Part shown: positions 17,933-26,289 of the stretch, one piece after another
How the letters are laid out: each line of letters begins with the position of its first letter
Position numbering within the stretch: position 1 is the stretch's first letter
IMG/VR virus record: IMGVR_UViG_3300036853_000446
Span: 62,001 to 126,000 of that record
Direction: 5' to 3' (one strand)
Length of the DNA stretch: 64,000 nt
Notes under the pieces: model-generated
Database searches by the model: none
What the model was told of the DNA's origin: nothing
What the model saw: the letters and a program-made list of their open reading frames with translations, nothing else
Made by a program: the position numbers and the translations under genes

Positions 17933-20685
17933 GCAGCTTTCCAGGCGTCAACAGACGCGCTCGGGGTTCGGCGACGACCGGCGACCTTGACCCCGTGCTG
18001 GCTCAAATGGTCTTCGAATGCTTCGAGCGCTTCATGGTCCGCGTGCTTGCGCTTCAGCTCGTCGTAGGCCTCCTCAGCGTCGTCGGCGTCAACGTCACGG
18101 CCCGAGTTCCACATCGAGCCCACGGAATAGAGGTTCGTCCCCTGCCCGCCGTGCCACGACATGATCTCTTCGATGATGCTGCCGTCATCGGGAGCTGGGA
18201 TCTTTCTGGCGACCTTCCAGGTGCCCGATTCCTCAGGGGCTGCCGCCGTCTTGCTTTCTCCCCAAGACTTCACCTTCGGAGGAAGACTGCTTTCTTCAAT
18301 CTTCTTCCACTGGCGCGTGTGAGACTTCGGAACGGAGTTCTTCGTGGCCTTCATTCTGTTCTCGGGGTCGACGAGGATGCCCGCCCAACCGCCATTTTTC
18401 TGCTCCGTCTGCGCCAAAAAATACATATCGCCTCGGGAGTCAAACTTCTGAACGTACCACTCGCCAGCACTCATAGAGTCCACAGCCCAGCGCGCTCCCG
18501 CCGCCTTGAAGTTGTCCTTGTGCTCCTCCGTGTTGGCCTTCCATTCCTTCGCGTCCTCGGGAGACATCTTCTTCGTGGGATCGGCAGACTTGCCTTCTTC
18601 GAACCGTGAGAGCTTCTCGTCGTCGCTCGCGACCTCGAGCCTCGCCGCAAAGTTCATCATCGGGCGCGCCCCGCCGTACGGCATGATCGCCTTGACCACC
18701 CGGACCAGGAACCCCGTTCCAGGGATACCGAAGATGTTGGTTACGTTATAGACGTCACCGAGAACCTTCATCAGGTTGAAAAACATCTTCTTGTAGTTGC
18801 CCTGGCTCCCGGTCATCTTCGTCATTCGCGCGTGCTGCATGAGTTCCTCGAGGGCACCATCCAGCTCTTCGAGGTCACGCGGCTCCGCGTCGATATTCGC
18901 CTTCTTTTCGACCGCGCCGTCATTACCTGACTCGTTGTCGCCGTTGCCATCGTCAGCATCGCCCGCGTTCTTGACCCGCAGGGTGAGCGTCGCCTTATTG
19001 AGAAGAGCCGAGACCGACGGAAGATTTAAGTTCCAAGCCGTGCTCCCCAACTCGGTGAGTACTTCCTTGAACGTGCGGGTGATGCCACCAGGGCTTGCGG
19101 AACCGTTCAGCATCCGTTGCAGACGCTTGAGGCCAAAAATAGCCTCCTCCACGAATACCGCGGCATCAACGGGAGAAAGTGTGGGGAGAGCGGTAGGCAA
19201 CATCAGCTCCGTCAGGTCGCCTTTTGCGTCTTTCTTAAACTTGTCCCCGTGCTCCTCGGTGTTGGCCTTCCACTCTTTGGCGTCTGCCTCGCTCATGTTC
19301 TTCGTGGGATCGGCGGATTTGCCTTCCTCGTAGCGCGAGAGCTTCTCATCGTCGCCCGAAGCGTTCTTATTGGCGGCTTCAGCCCCCGCGTCGTCGTCTT
19401 TCCATTTCGCCTTTACGACGGCAGCGGTCCGCTCGAGGAGGTTTATGATTGCCTCGTCCTGATTCATCTTCTCGGAGGCGTCGCGCAAACTCCTGAGCGC
19501 CGCGTAAACGACGCGCTTCTGACTGCCCGTCCCCCGGACGAGCTTCTTCAGTGACTCAATGGCTTCCTGGATGCTCTCCACTGCTTCATCAGAGGGCTTC
19601 GCCGCTAGCCTGACGGTCCAGTCCCCTGCCTGCTTCAGGTTGGATTCGTCGTAGTCATTCATGTCGGCTGCGGACCAGAGGCTCACCACTTTATGGACGG
19701 CCTTGATGAGTACCTCGGACAAGTCTTGCTGACCCATCAAGGCCAAGCCCTGGGCCAAACACCCTAAGACGACCTGCGTGTGGCGCCTTGGATTGCCCTG
19801 GCCGTCCATGATCTTCTTGATCATCATGCGACTGGCTTCAAACTCGTTCCGAATCTCCTTCGGAAGCTTGCCAGCAGCCGTCACGTCGACATGTTCTGCG
19901 TACGTCTTCCTGAGAACCTGAGCCAAACGCACCCGGCTCGGCATCTCGCCCGCGGGCGGATTCTCGAGGGCGTGCGCCATCGCCTCGAGCTGGGAGGCCA
20001 CCTTGTCCCCCGCGTCGGTGGCCACCTTCGGGGCCCCTCTCTCGAGCGACGCGATCAACATCGAAAGACCGTCGGTATCGAGACGACCGTCGGCGCGGGC
20101 GCGCTTGGCCAAGCCCTTGAGTTGCTCGACGACTTTTCCTGGATTCAGCATGCCTTGACCTTCCGACGCTGCGGACCTTGTGGTTGATTCGTTGGTTCTT
20201 GTCGGCGCCGAGCCACTCGACATGGGTGCGCCCCGTCGGTGGACTTGGCGTATCCGAACGTCTTTCAGGACGCGCTCGAGTTCCTCGGTCTTCTCGGGAC
20301 GGAGGTCCTGCTTGATTTCTTCGTAATCGATGCGATTGGCGGCGAGCGCGACCGCCTGGAGAGCCTTGTGCAGCTTGAACGACGTCTCGGGAATCCCTTG
20401 AATGAGATCCCCGGCAACCTCGAAGAGGTGATCCTTGTGCTGCGACTTTTGGACGAGCTTCGCTGCCTTGTCGACGTACCGGAGGAGCTGATCGCAGCGT
20501 ACTCGCGCATCCGTCAGCTCTTCTTGCAAATACGTGATTATATTCGCCTGTTTGGCGCGTGCATCGGCGATTGTCGCTGCCGTCACAGCGGTTCCAACCC
20601 TACCGAGACGTTCAGGGGGCCCCTCATTGCGTGCTGCCCCCTCCCGTTGATCCTTCAGTGCGCCCATCGCCATGAGCGCGCTCAA
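17929..20685 (-). CDS. Modular repeat protein, probable internal head polyprotein (up to 918 aa)
   Basis: Two near-identical 40-aa modules and four diverged helical modules separated by K-x-A linkers; start may be ATG 20673. Confidence 0.7.
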   Translation of the reverse strand: MSALMAMGALKDQREGAARNEGPPERLGRVGTAVTAATIADARAKQANIITYLQEELTDARVRCDQLLRYVDKAAKLVQKSQHKDHLFEVAGDLIQGIPETSFKLHKALQAVALAANRIDYEEIKQDLRPEKTEELERVLKDVRIRQVHRRGAPMSSGSAPTRTNESTTRSAASEGQGMLNPGKVVEQLKGLAKRARADGRLDTDGLSMLIASLERGAPKVATDAGDKVASQLEAMAHALENPPAGEMPSRVRLAQVLRKTYAEHVDVTAAGKLPKEIRNEFEASRMMIKKIMDGQGNPRRHTQVVLGCLAQGLALMGQQDLSEVLIKAVHKVVSLWSAADMNDYDESNLKQAGDWTVRLAAKPSDEAVESIQEAIESLKKLVRGTGSQKRVVYAALRSLRDASEKMNQDEAIINLLERTAAVVKAKWKDDDAGAEAANKNASGDDEKLSRYEEGKSADPTKNMSEADAKEWKANTEEHGDKFKKDAKGDLTELMLPTALPTLSPVDAAVFVEEAIFGLKRLQRMLNGSASPGGITRTFKEVLTELGSTAWNLNLPSVSALLNKATLTLRVKNAGDADDGNGDNESGNDGAVEKKANIDAEPRDLEELDGALEELMQHARMTKMTGSQGNYKKMFFNLMKVLGDVYNVTNIFGIPGTGFLVRVVKAIMPYGGARPMMNFAARLEVASDDEKLSRFEEGKSADPTKKMSPEDAKEWKANTEEHKDNFKAAGARWAVDSMSAGEWYVQKFDSRGDMYFLAQTEQKNGGWAGILVDPENRMKATKNSVPKSHTRQWKKIEESSLPPKVKSWGESKTAAAPEESGTWKVARKIPAPDDGSIIEEIMSWHGGQGTNLYSVGSMWNSGRDVDADDAEEAYDELKRKHADHEALEAFEDHLSQHGVKVAGRRRTPSASVDAWKAA

Positions 20686-20695
20686 AAGAGGACTA
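20680..20695 (-). promoter_or_regulatory. CTTTT-core motif copy
   Basis: TAGTCCTCTTTTGAGC, identical to 13115..13130; the TAG is the upstream gene's stop. Confidence 0.55.
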
Positions 20696-21820
20696 GGGCG
20701 CTGTCGCCTGGAAAGCTTCGGGAAACTCCGACACGAGGAGCATCCGCATCTCGGCGTCGGTCTCCGCCGCCGCCACCGCCCGGATCACGTCGGGACGGTC
20801 CTCAAAGTCGGCCTGGAGCCGCGCGAGCTTCTTACGAAGGGGGAGATCGAAATTGTAAAGGTCCGGGAAGTCCCGACAGATGGCTCGAGCGATAACTCGC
20901 CGCGGGTCGATATCCTCAAATGAGGTCACGGCCGGGGCCGTCTGCGGAGACGCGGCCCTTTTTGACTCGAGCGTCCCAGGCGCCTTCTTGGGCCCATTCG
21001 TTGTCGTGAAGCGCATGCCCTCATACTCCATGACGTGCATTTCGGCCGGAGCGCCGTCGAGGCCGCTCAAATCGACGGTACCGATGCCCCCACCGACCGT
21101 CGTCGAGACGTGCATGCCCATCGTATCGACGTCCTTGGGCGCCGGGATCATCGCTACGACATGACCCTGAGTCTCCGGGCCTTCAATCGCCGTCGGGGCG
21201 TCCGGAAGGTGGGCTGCGCGGCGCGAATCGATGTCAGCAAGATAGGCGTCACGCTGTTCGGGCGCCATGCGCTGCAACAATTCCTCCCGAGTCATGCCTC
21301 TACCCGGCTCGATCTGGACGCTGTTGGCCGCGGCAATGACCTGCTGCGAGTTGGAGCCATCCAACGTGGTGCGCACGCCCCCGCGTGTGTTAGCCAGGGT
21401 TTGCAACGTCCGCACCGGGACGCCGTCCTGAGACTCGACCTCGAGGTACTGCCGCTTCTGATTTGATTCGCGAACGCTCTCGGCGTGGTCGCGATAGTTC
21501 CCCACGATCTGCTCTTCAGCCTGAGCTGTCGCGATCAAAGACGCAGCGGCTCGAGGTGCGCTTGGGTTGCCCGTGTCCGCCGGACGCACGTGGATATTCG
21601 CCGATTGAGGCCGAGCGAGCGGCGCTGACGGATCATACGACGCCTCGGGCACGGCCCATCCCGTCTTGATGGCACCTTTGAAGGTGGGCAGAGGCTGCGG
21701 GGGACGGCCGCCCAACACGACGTTGTACCCGTCGAACTCGATGAGCATACCGCGTTGAACAGCAACCCCCGCCATTCCAAAATCGCGCGTCGCCCGGTAT
21801 TTATCCATCTGAGTCTGCAT
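20693..21820 (-). CDS. Hypothetical protein (about 375 aa)
   Basis: ATG 21820 (MQTQMDKY) has AGGAG SD at 7 nt; low-complexity middle, helical C-terminal domain. Confidence 0.65.
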   Translation of the reverse strand: MQTQMDKYRATRDFGMAGVAVQRGMLIEFDGYNVVLGGRPPQPLPTFKGAIKTGWAVPEASYDPSAPLARPQSANIHVRPADTGNPSAPRAAASLIATAQAEEQIVGNYRDHAESVRESNQKRQYLEVESQDGVPVRTLQTLANTRGGVRTTLDGSNSQQVIAAANSVQIEPGRGMTREELLQRMAPEQRDAYLADIDSRRAAHLPDAPTAIEGPETQGHVVAMIPAPKDVDTMGMHVSTTVGGGIGTVDLSGLDGAPAEMHVMEYEGMRFTTTNGPKKAPGTLESKRAASPQTAPAVTSFEDIDPRRVIARAICRDFPDLYNFDLPLRKKLARLQADFEDRPDVIRAVAAAETDAEMRMLLVSEFPEAFQATAP

Positions 21821-21838
21821 CGTTCGTCTCCTATTAGA

Positions 21839-21854
21839 GAGCCAAAAGTGGCCC
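21839..21854 (-). promoter_or_regulatory. CTTTT-core motif, partial
   Basis: GGGCCACTTTTGGCTC shares CCACTTTT with the 37091 copy. Confidence 0.3.
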
Positions 21855-21906
21855 CCAAGGAGACGAAGCAACAAATGGAATATTACCCAGCGAAGCGCCT
21901 TTCGCC

Positions 21907-22296
21907 CTAGGGGGCGCCGCTCTCGTCGGCGGGCGACTCGTCATCGTCTCCGGCGAATTCACCGCCTTCTTCTTCCCCCTCCTCGTCGCCCGCTTCCTCC
22001 CCTTCTTCGTCAAACTCGTCGTCGTGCTCCACGACTGTCAAGATCTCCTCGTTGACGAGACTCTCTAGTCGCCCCACAGGACCATCCACTCCAATGTGGT
22101 GAGTGTCGGCGTAGACTTCTAGGTCAGGCACCTCAGCCGCGACGCCGGCCATGCGTCGACATAGCCGAGCGGCTTCGTTGTAGTTGCAGGCTTGTTGCTC
22201 GAAAGCGGCCCGCAGATCGCCAGGGTTTTGGGTGATGCAATGATGAAGATCATCGCCCTGCTTGAAGACCGGAAGATTGAGTTCGTAGGATTTCAT
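21907..22296 (-). CDS. Hypothetical protein with acidic tail (129 aa)
   Basis: GAGAGGA SD; globular N-terminus, Asp/Glu-rich C-terminus. Confidence 0.65.
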   Translation of the reverse strand: MKSYELNLPVFKQGDDLHHCITQNPGDLRAAFEQQACNYNEAARLCRRMAGVAAEVPDLEVYADTHHIGVDGPVGRLESLVNEEILTVVEHDDEFDEEGEEAGDEEGEEEGGEFAGDDDESPADESGAP

Positions 22297-22405
22297 AGCG
22301 TTTGATTCCTCTCTCGAGCGTCACCGTACACCGCTCAGCCAAGCTTCTGGGATCAACCCCACGCATCGTGTCAGCGCCAAGTCGAGCCGGGCGACAGAGC
22401 GCCGC

Positions 22406-22733
22406 TCAGGCGACGTCGACCGAGCCTGAGCCCGTGCACACGGCAATGCCGGTGGTGCCGGTGGTCGAGAGCTGGAGGATCGTCGTGCCGGTGATATTCA
22501 AGTTTGGGTACACGGTTTGGGTTTGGGGACCTGCGGGCAGCGGATAATCATAGATACGTGTCCCGGTCGCGTCCGTGCCGAGCGAAAGCCGCACGGTCGT
22601 TGCCGCCGCTCCGGCGGGCGTGGTCATGCTGAACGACTCGAGCTTTTGCGACCGTGTTGATCAGGTTAGTGAACACCGTTGCGGCCGTCGTGCTGGCGAG
22701 GGTCGGGCCAAATAATGAGATGCGCTTTGCCAT
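22406..22733 (-). pseudogene. Small phage structural gene interrupted by a +1 frameshift
   Basis: ORFs 22548..22733 and 22406..22627 join into one 108-aa protein (LFGP....AATVFT..NTVAKLESFSMTTP...VRLSLGTDATGTRIYDY) if one base is removed from the A4 run at 22644..22647. Confidence 0.6.
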
Positions 22734-22808
22734 GAGGTCTTCCTTTCAAACTGATCTTGTCTACGGGTGATGCGTGCACCGATCATCTCGGCCGATCGTC
22801 GCCTCTTG

Positions 22809-22844
22809 GAAAAGCGAAAGCCGCCCGGTTTCCCGAGCGGCTTT
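22809..22844 (-). terminator. Intrinsic terminator after the major capsid gene
   Basis: AAAGCCGCTCGG-GAAA-CCGGGCGGCTTT, 12-bp stem with GAAA tetraloop, then CGCTTTTCC. Confidence 0.85.
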
Positions 22845-22873
22845 CTCCTTCAGCGACTAAGGAACGGGATGCC

Positions 22874-23752
22874 TCAGAAGCGCGTCACGATGATGCGCAC
22901 CAACCCTCTAGGGTTGTGGGCCCCCAGGCCGAGGTTCTCAAATACAGAAAATCCAATCGTCCGTGCTTTCGGATCATCCGCTGAAAGTACGGTGAGTTCC
23001 GTGCGCACGGGCACTCGACCGAACATCTCTGGCTCGGTCGCCAGATAAATGAATCCGGCGGGAACCAAACGACTCGTGATGATCTGCGCGCCCCACAGAG
23101 TTGCCTGGAGACCCGTCTTCAGCAACGTGGCTTGCGACTCGATATCCAAGATGTCGCGACCAAACTTGCGGATGTCCGCGTAGTCGACCGCATTCATGAA
23201 AATGCGCGCGACCCTCAAGTCGTGGCGTTCGATCTCCGCAAATCCGTCCGCGAGGACGCTCGGCGAGACCGGGGCCACCACGGCCAAGTCTGGGTTCGTA
23301 CCGCCCGCGAGGGTATCGAAGCCGCTGACGGCGATCGAATCGAGTACGGCAAAGACGCGCTCGTCTTCCGCCGCCTGAATCTGGGCCTTCGCGAGGTCCT
23401 GAGCGCGCTCGATGAGGTCGAAGCGACGCTCTTTGATCTGCGTGAGCGGGATCTCGGGGTTCGAGGCGATCTCGAACAGCGGGAAGATCACCCGCCGAGG
23501 CTTTTGAATCGAGACGATGTTCTGGCCTTCCTCGCCGACCACGAACGCTGTGACTTCCGGGTCTTTGTCGTAGATCGGCAAAGCACCGTCAGGCAGCTGC
23601 TCGACGAGGAAGGTCTTTCGACCCACCGCCGTGTAGTCGCGACGAAGGCGTAGGGGTTGAACCATCGAGGCGGCCAACTTGGCGCGCCCTGCCGCAGTCT
23701 TGATGTACTCACTGATGAGTTGCTGCTTGGCTTGGTTTGAAACTTGTTGCAT
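22874..23752 (-). CDS. Major capsid protein, HK97-like (292 aa)
   Basis: Position after protease, scaffold and decoration genes; followed by a strong terminator; FEIASNPEIP...DLIERAQ..AKAQIQAAED..F and terminal GFSVFENLG pattern. Confidence 0.8.
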   Translation of the reverse strand: MQQVSNQAKQQLISEYIKTAAGRAKLAASMVQPLRLRRDYTAVGRKTFLVEQLPDGALPIYDKDPEVTAFVVGEEGQNIVSIQKPRRVIFPLFEIASNPEIPLTQIKERRFDLIERAQDLAKAQIQAAEDERVFAVLDSIAVSGFDTLAGGTNPDLAVVAPVSPSVLADGFAEIERHDLRVARIFMNAVDYADIRKFGRDILDIESQATLLKTGLQATLWGAQIITSRLVPAGFIYLATEPEMFGRVPVRTELTVLSADDPKARTIGFSVFENLGLGAHNPRGLVRIIVTRF

Positions 23753-23768
23753 GGCGTTCTTCTCCTGA

Positions 23769-23784
23769 GCGGAAAAAGTCCTGG
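23769..23784 (-). promoter_or_regulatory. CTTTT-core motif variant
   Basis: CCAGGACTTTTTCCGC upstream of the capsid gene; shares ACTTTT(T)CCGCT with the 37091 copy. Confidence 0.35.
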
Positions 23785-23808
23785 TTTTTGCCTGGGTTTT
23801 CGTGCTGC

Positions 23809-24405
23809 TCAGACGCGGAGGTCGAACACCATGAGAGAGTTGTCGGCGTCAGGGGCGACCTTGACGACACCGAGGAGAGTGGCCGTGGCGCCTTCGACGA
23901 GGTTATCGCCGGAGCCGTCTGACTTGTTGGTGAGCAACCCGTTCAGCGAGGCGTAAAGAAGGTCGCCCACTGCGTACGTGAGGGTTGCGCCACCCGTGAG
24001 GTCCTCGGTTTCCCAGATCGAAGTGCCGAAGCAGCCCAAACCAGAAAAATACGGACCACGACCCGACGCTACGCCTGGGGTGTTTTCGAAGGCGTTGCCG
24101 TTGGCGTCGTTGATGAAGATGCCGAGGGGCCTCCGACCCGTAAACGGGGTCAGCGCGGGACCACCGATGAAGCCGTTCCCTGCGTCGGGACGGGTAAAGG
24201 CGACCGAGCCGCCGAGGACGCCCAGCTGGGAAAGTCCAGCAAGGGTCGCCGAGATTGTGCCTGCCGTGGTGATCAGTGGATTGGGCTGCATGAACGCATC
24301 GGGAGCGAGAAGCCCCACCGTGTTCCGAAAGCCGATGTGGAACGCTTGAATGCGACCACTTGTTTCCCTGAAGTCACCCGAGCCTTGGCCTAGAGATAGG
24401 GGCAT
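23809..24405 (-). CDS. Head decoration/cement-like protein (198 aa)
   Basis: Between scaffold and capsid genes; RPLGIF.ND...YAVGDLLYAS.NGLLT...LLGVV..AP beta-tulip-like pattern; AAGGAG SD. Confidence 0.6.
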   Translation of the reverse strand: MPLSLGQGSGDFRETSGRIQAFHIGFRNTVGLLAPDAFMQPNPLITTAGTISATLAGLSQLGVLGGSVAFTRPDAGNGFIGGPALTPFTGRRPLGIFINDANGNAFENTPGVASGRGPYFSGLGCFGTSIWETEDLTGGATLTYAVGDLLYASLNGLLTNKSDGSGDNLVEGATATLLGVVKVAPDADNSLMVFDLRV

Positions 24406-24519
24406 TGGTTTACTCCTTGAGTCATTGTCTGCTGGGGTGTCTGATCTTCATCGTCACATATGGGTGGCCGGGCTCTTCACTCGTGAGAGTGCGGAGGCCG
24501 GCCCTGACCTGAGACAACC

Positions 24520-26238
24520 TCAGGAGCCGAACACGCCGCTCACGTCTGGAGCCGAAGACCACATCCCCGAGAGGCGGTTGATCTCTTCTGCGCCCGACGA
24601 CGGCATACCCGTCATTGCACCACCGAGTTGGCTCACGCCCGAGGAGGGACGAGTCCCAACCGTTCGAGTCGAAGCCGTTCTCGTGGCGGCGACCGGTCCG
24701 CGTCCGGACTGGAGCGCCTTTGCCTCGAGAGCCCGCTGCACCTCACCGTCGGAGGCGAAGATCTGCTGGAGAGCCTGATCGTCACCCTCGAACCCGAGAT
24801 CCATCTCCGGGGCGTCCATCTGAATGGATTCTTCAGTGAAATCGCCCTGGTCTTGCAGCATCTGGTCAACGAGATCATCATCCGCCATCAGCTGTTGCTG
24901 CTGGCCGAGCTGCTGCTGTTGACCGAGCCCGATCTGCAGACCCTGCTGCTGACCAATCTGCTGTTGATCCTGTTGCTGGCCAACCTGCTGTTGCTGCTGG
25001 CCAACCTGCTGCTGGTCCTGCTGCTCCTGGGACATCTGCTGCATGGCGTTCTGCACGAGCTGCTGAACCTGCGACTGCACCTGATCCTGAGCCATCGGGG
25101 CGAGCTGCTCGCTTGCGGCCTTGGCCAACCCGGGCAGGGCGACCTTGAAGGCTGCCGGACGGGACTTCACGGGAAGCGCGAGGAGTGCTGCAGCGGCCTG
25201 CTTGATGAGAGCGTAGGCCTCCTTACCCACCTGCTTCTCCTCCTGGCCCTCCTTCTTCTCATCGTCCTCGTCTTCGGCGAACTTGGACCGAGCTTTCAAC
25301 TTGGATTTGGACTTGGCCTGTTTTGATTGGCCCTCGTCGTCATCATCGTCGTCGTCCTGCTGCGCCTTGCGGGCACGAGCCTCTTTGGACTGACCGTCGT
25401 CGTCATCATCGTCGTCGTCCTGCTGCGCCTTCAGACGACGGCGGGCTTCCTTGGACTGACCCTCGTCGTCCTCGTCATCATCATCCTGAGCCTTGCGGGC
25501 CCGGGCTTCCTTGGACTGACCCTCGTCGTCCTCGTCATCATCGTCCTGCTGCGCCTTCAGACGACGGCGGGCTTCCTTGGACTGACTCTTGTCATCATCC
25601 TTGTCCTTGTCTTTCGCCTCGTCCTTCTTCTTCTGAATGTTCTTCAAGAACTCCGGCGGCAGATCTTTGGCCTGCTTGGCCTGACCCTCCTCGTCGTCCT
25701 CATCATCATCCTCGGACGCTTCCTTCTGCTGCCCGTCGTCATCATCGTCATCGTCGTCGTCCTGTTGCTCTTGGGCGAGACGCGCGAGGGTGGTGCGTAG
25801 GTTCGACAGCGGAAGATCCATGAGATTCAGCGCCTGGTCCTCGACGACCTGCTCCAAGGCTGTCCGTGGCAGCATCCGTCGAGCGACTTTGGTGGCGATA
25901 TCGGCCTTGGCGTGAACCTCGGCAATATCCGGGCGGCGCCCCGCTTGGCGGGACGGCGACACGCCGGGGGCCTTGTCGGGGTTGCCGAAGGTGTCCTTGC
26001 GGTACTCCGGCATCCCGATCTGATCCCGTTTGGTATTTCCATCCGGGCCCAGATCTGCCTTCCAACCTTTACCGGGGGGACTCTGGTCCTCGGCGAACTC
26101 GCTCGGGCCCCCGATCACGTAAGCATCTGCTGCCGGTTGTTGCTGAAGATGTTCCTGATTCATCGCTCGAGGATCTTCAGCGACTCTCCTCAACTGGCTT
26201 GCGATTCTCTGACGGCTCCAAGTAGTGCGTTCGCGCAT
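24520..26238 (-). CDS. Capsid scaffolding protein (about 572 aa)
   Basis: Between protease and decoration/capsid genes; acidic tandem repeats and Gln tract; ATG 26238 favoured over 26277. Confidence 0.7.
   Translation of the reverse strand: MRERTTWSRQRIASQLRRVAEDPRAMNQEHLQQQPAADAYVIGGPSEFAEDQSPPGKGWKADLGPDGNTKRDQIGMPEYRKDTFGNPDKAPGVSPSRQAGRRPDIAEVHAKADIATKVARRMLPRTALEQVVEDQALNLMDLPLSNLRTTLARLAQEQQDDDDDDDDDGQQKEASEDDDEDDEEGQAKQAKDLPPEFLKNIQKKKDEAKDKDKDDDKSQSKEARRRLKAQQDDDDEDDEGQSKEARARKAQDDDDEDDEGQSKEARRRLKAQQDDDDDDDDGQSKEARARKAQQDDDDDDDEGQSKQAKSKSKLKARSKFAEDEDDEKKEGQEEKQVGKEAYALIKQAAAALLALPVKSRPAAFKVALPGLAKAASEQLAPMAQDQVQSQVQQLVQNAMQQMSQEQQDQQQVGQQQQQVGQQQDQQQIGQQQGLQIGLGQQQQLGQQQQLMADDDLVDQMLQDQGDFTEESIQMDAPEMDLGFEGDDQALQQIFASDGEVQRALEAKALQSGRGPVAATRTASTRTVGTRPSSGVSQLGGAMTGMPSSGAEEINRLSGMWSSAPDVSGVFGS
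25330..25760 (-). repeat. Acidic tandem repeats in the scaffold gene
   Basis: (QQ)DDDDDDDGQSKEAR(RRLKA or ARKA) units, four SKEAR copies. Confidence 0.85.
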
Positions 26239-26273
26239 GGGAAAAATGCCCTTTCTCTGCACCGGTAGCGGGC

Positions 26274-26289
26274 GCATAAAAGGATTTCA
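26274..26289 (-). promoter_or_regulatory. CTTTT-core motif copy
   Basis: TGAAATCCTTTTATGC upstream of the scaffold; TGA is the protease stop; TCCTTTTATG shared with the 3171 copy. Confidence 0.4.

Noticed and set aside
24406-24519. 114-nt gap before the decoration gene as a possible ncRNA
   Set aside because: Only weak short stems; no tRNA cloverleaf or known RNA motif.
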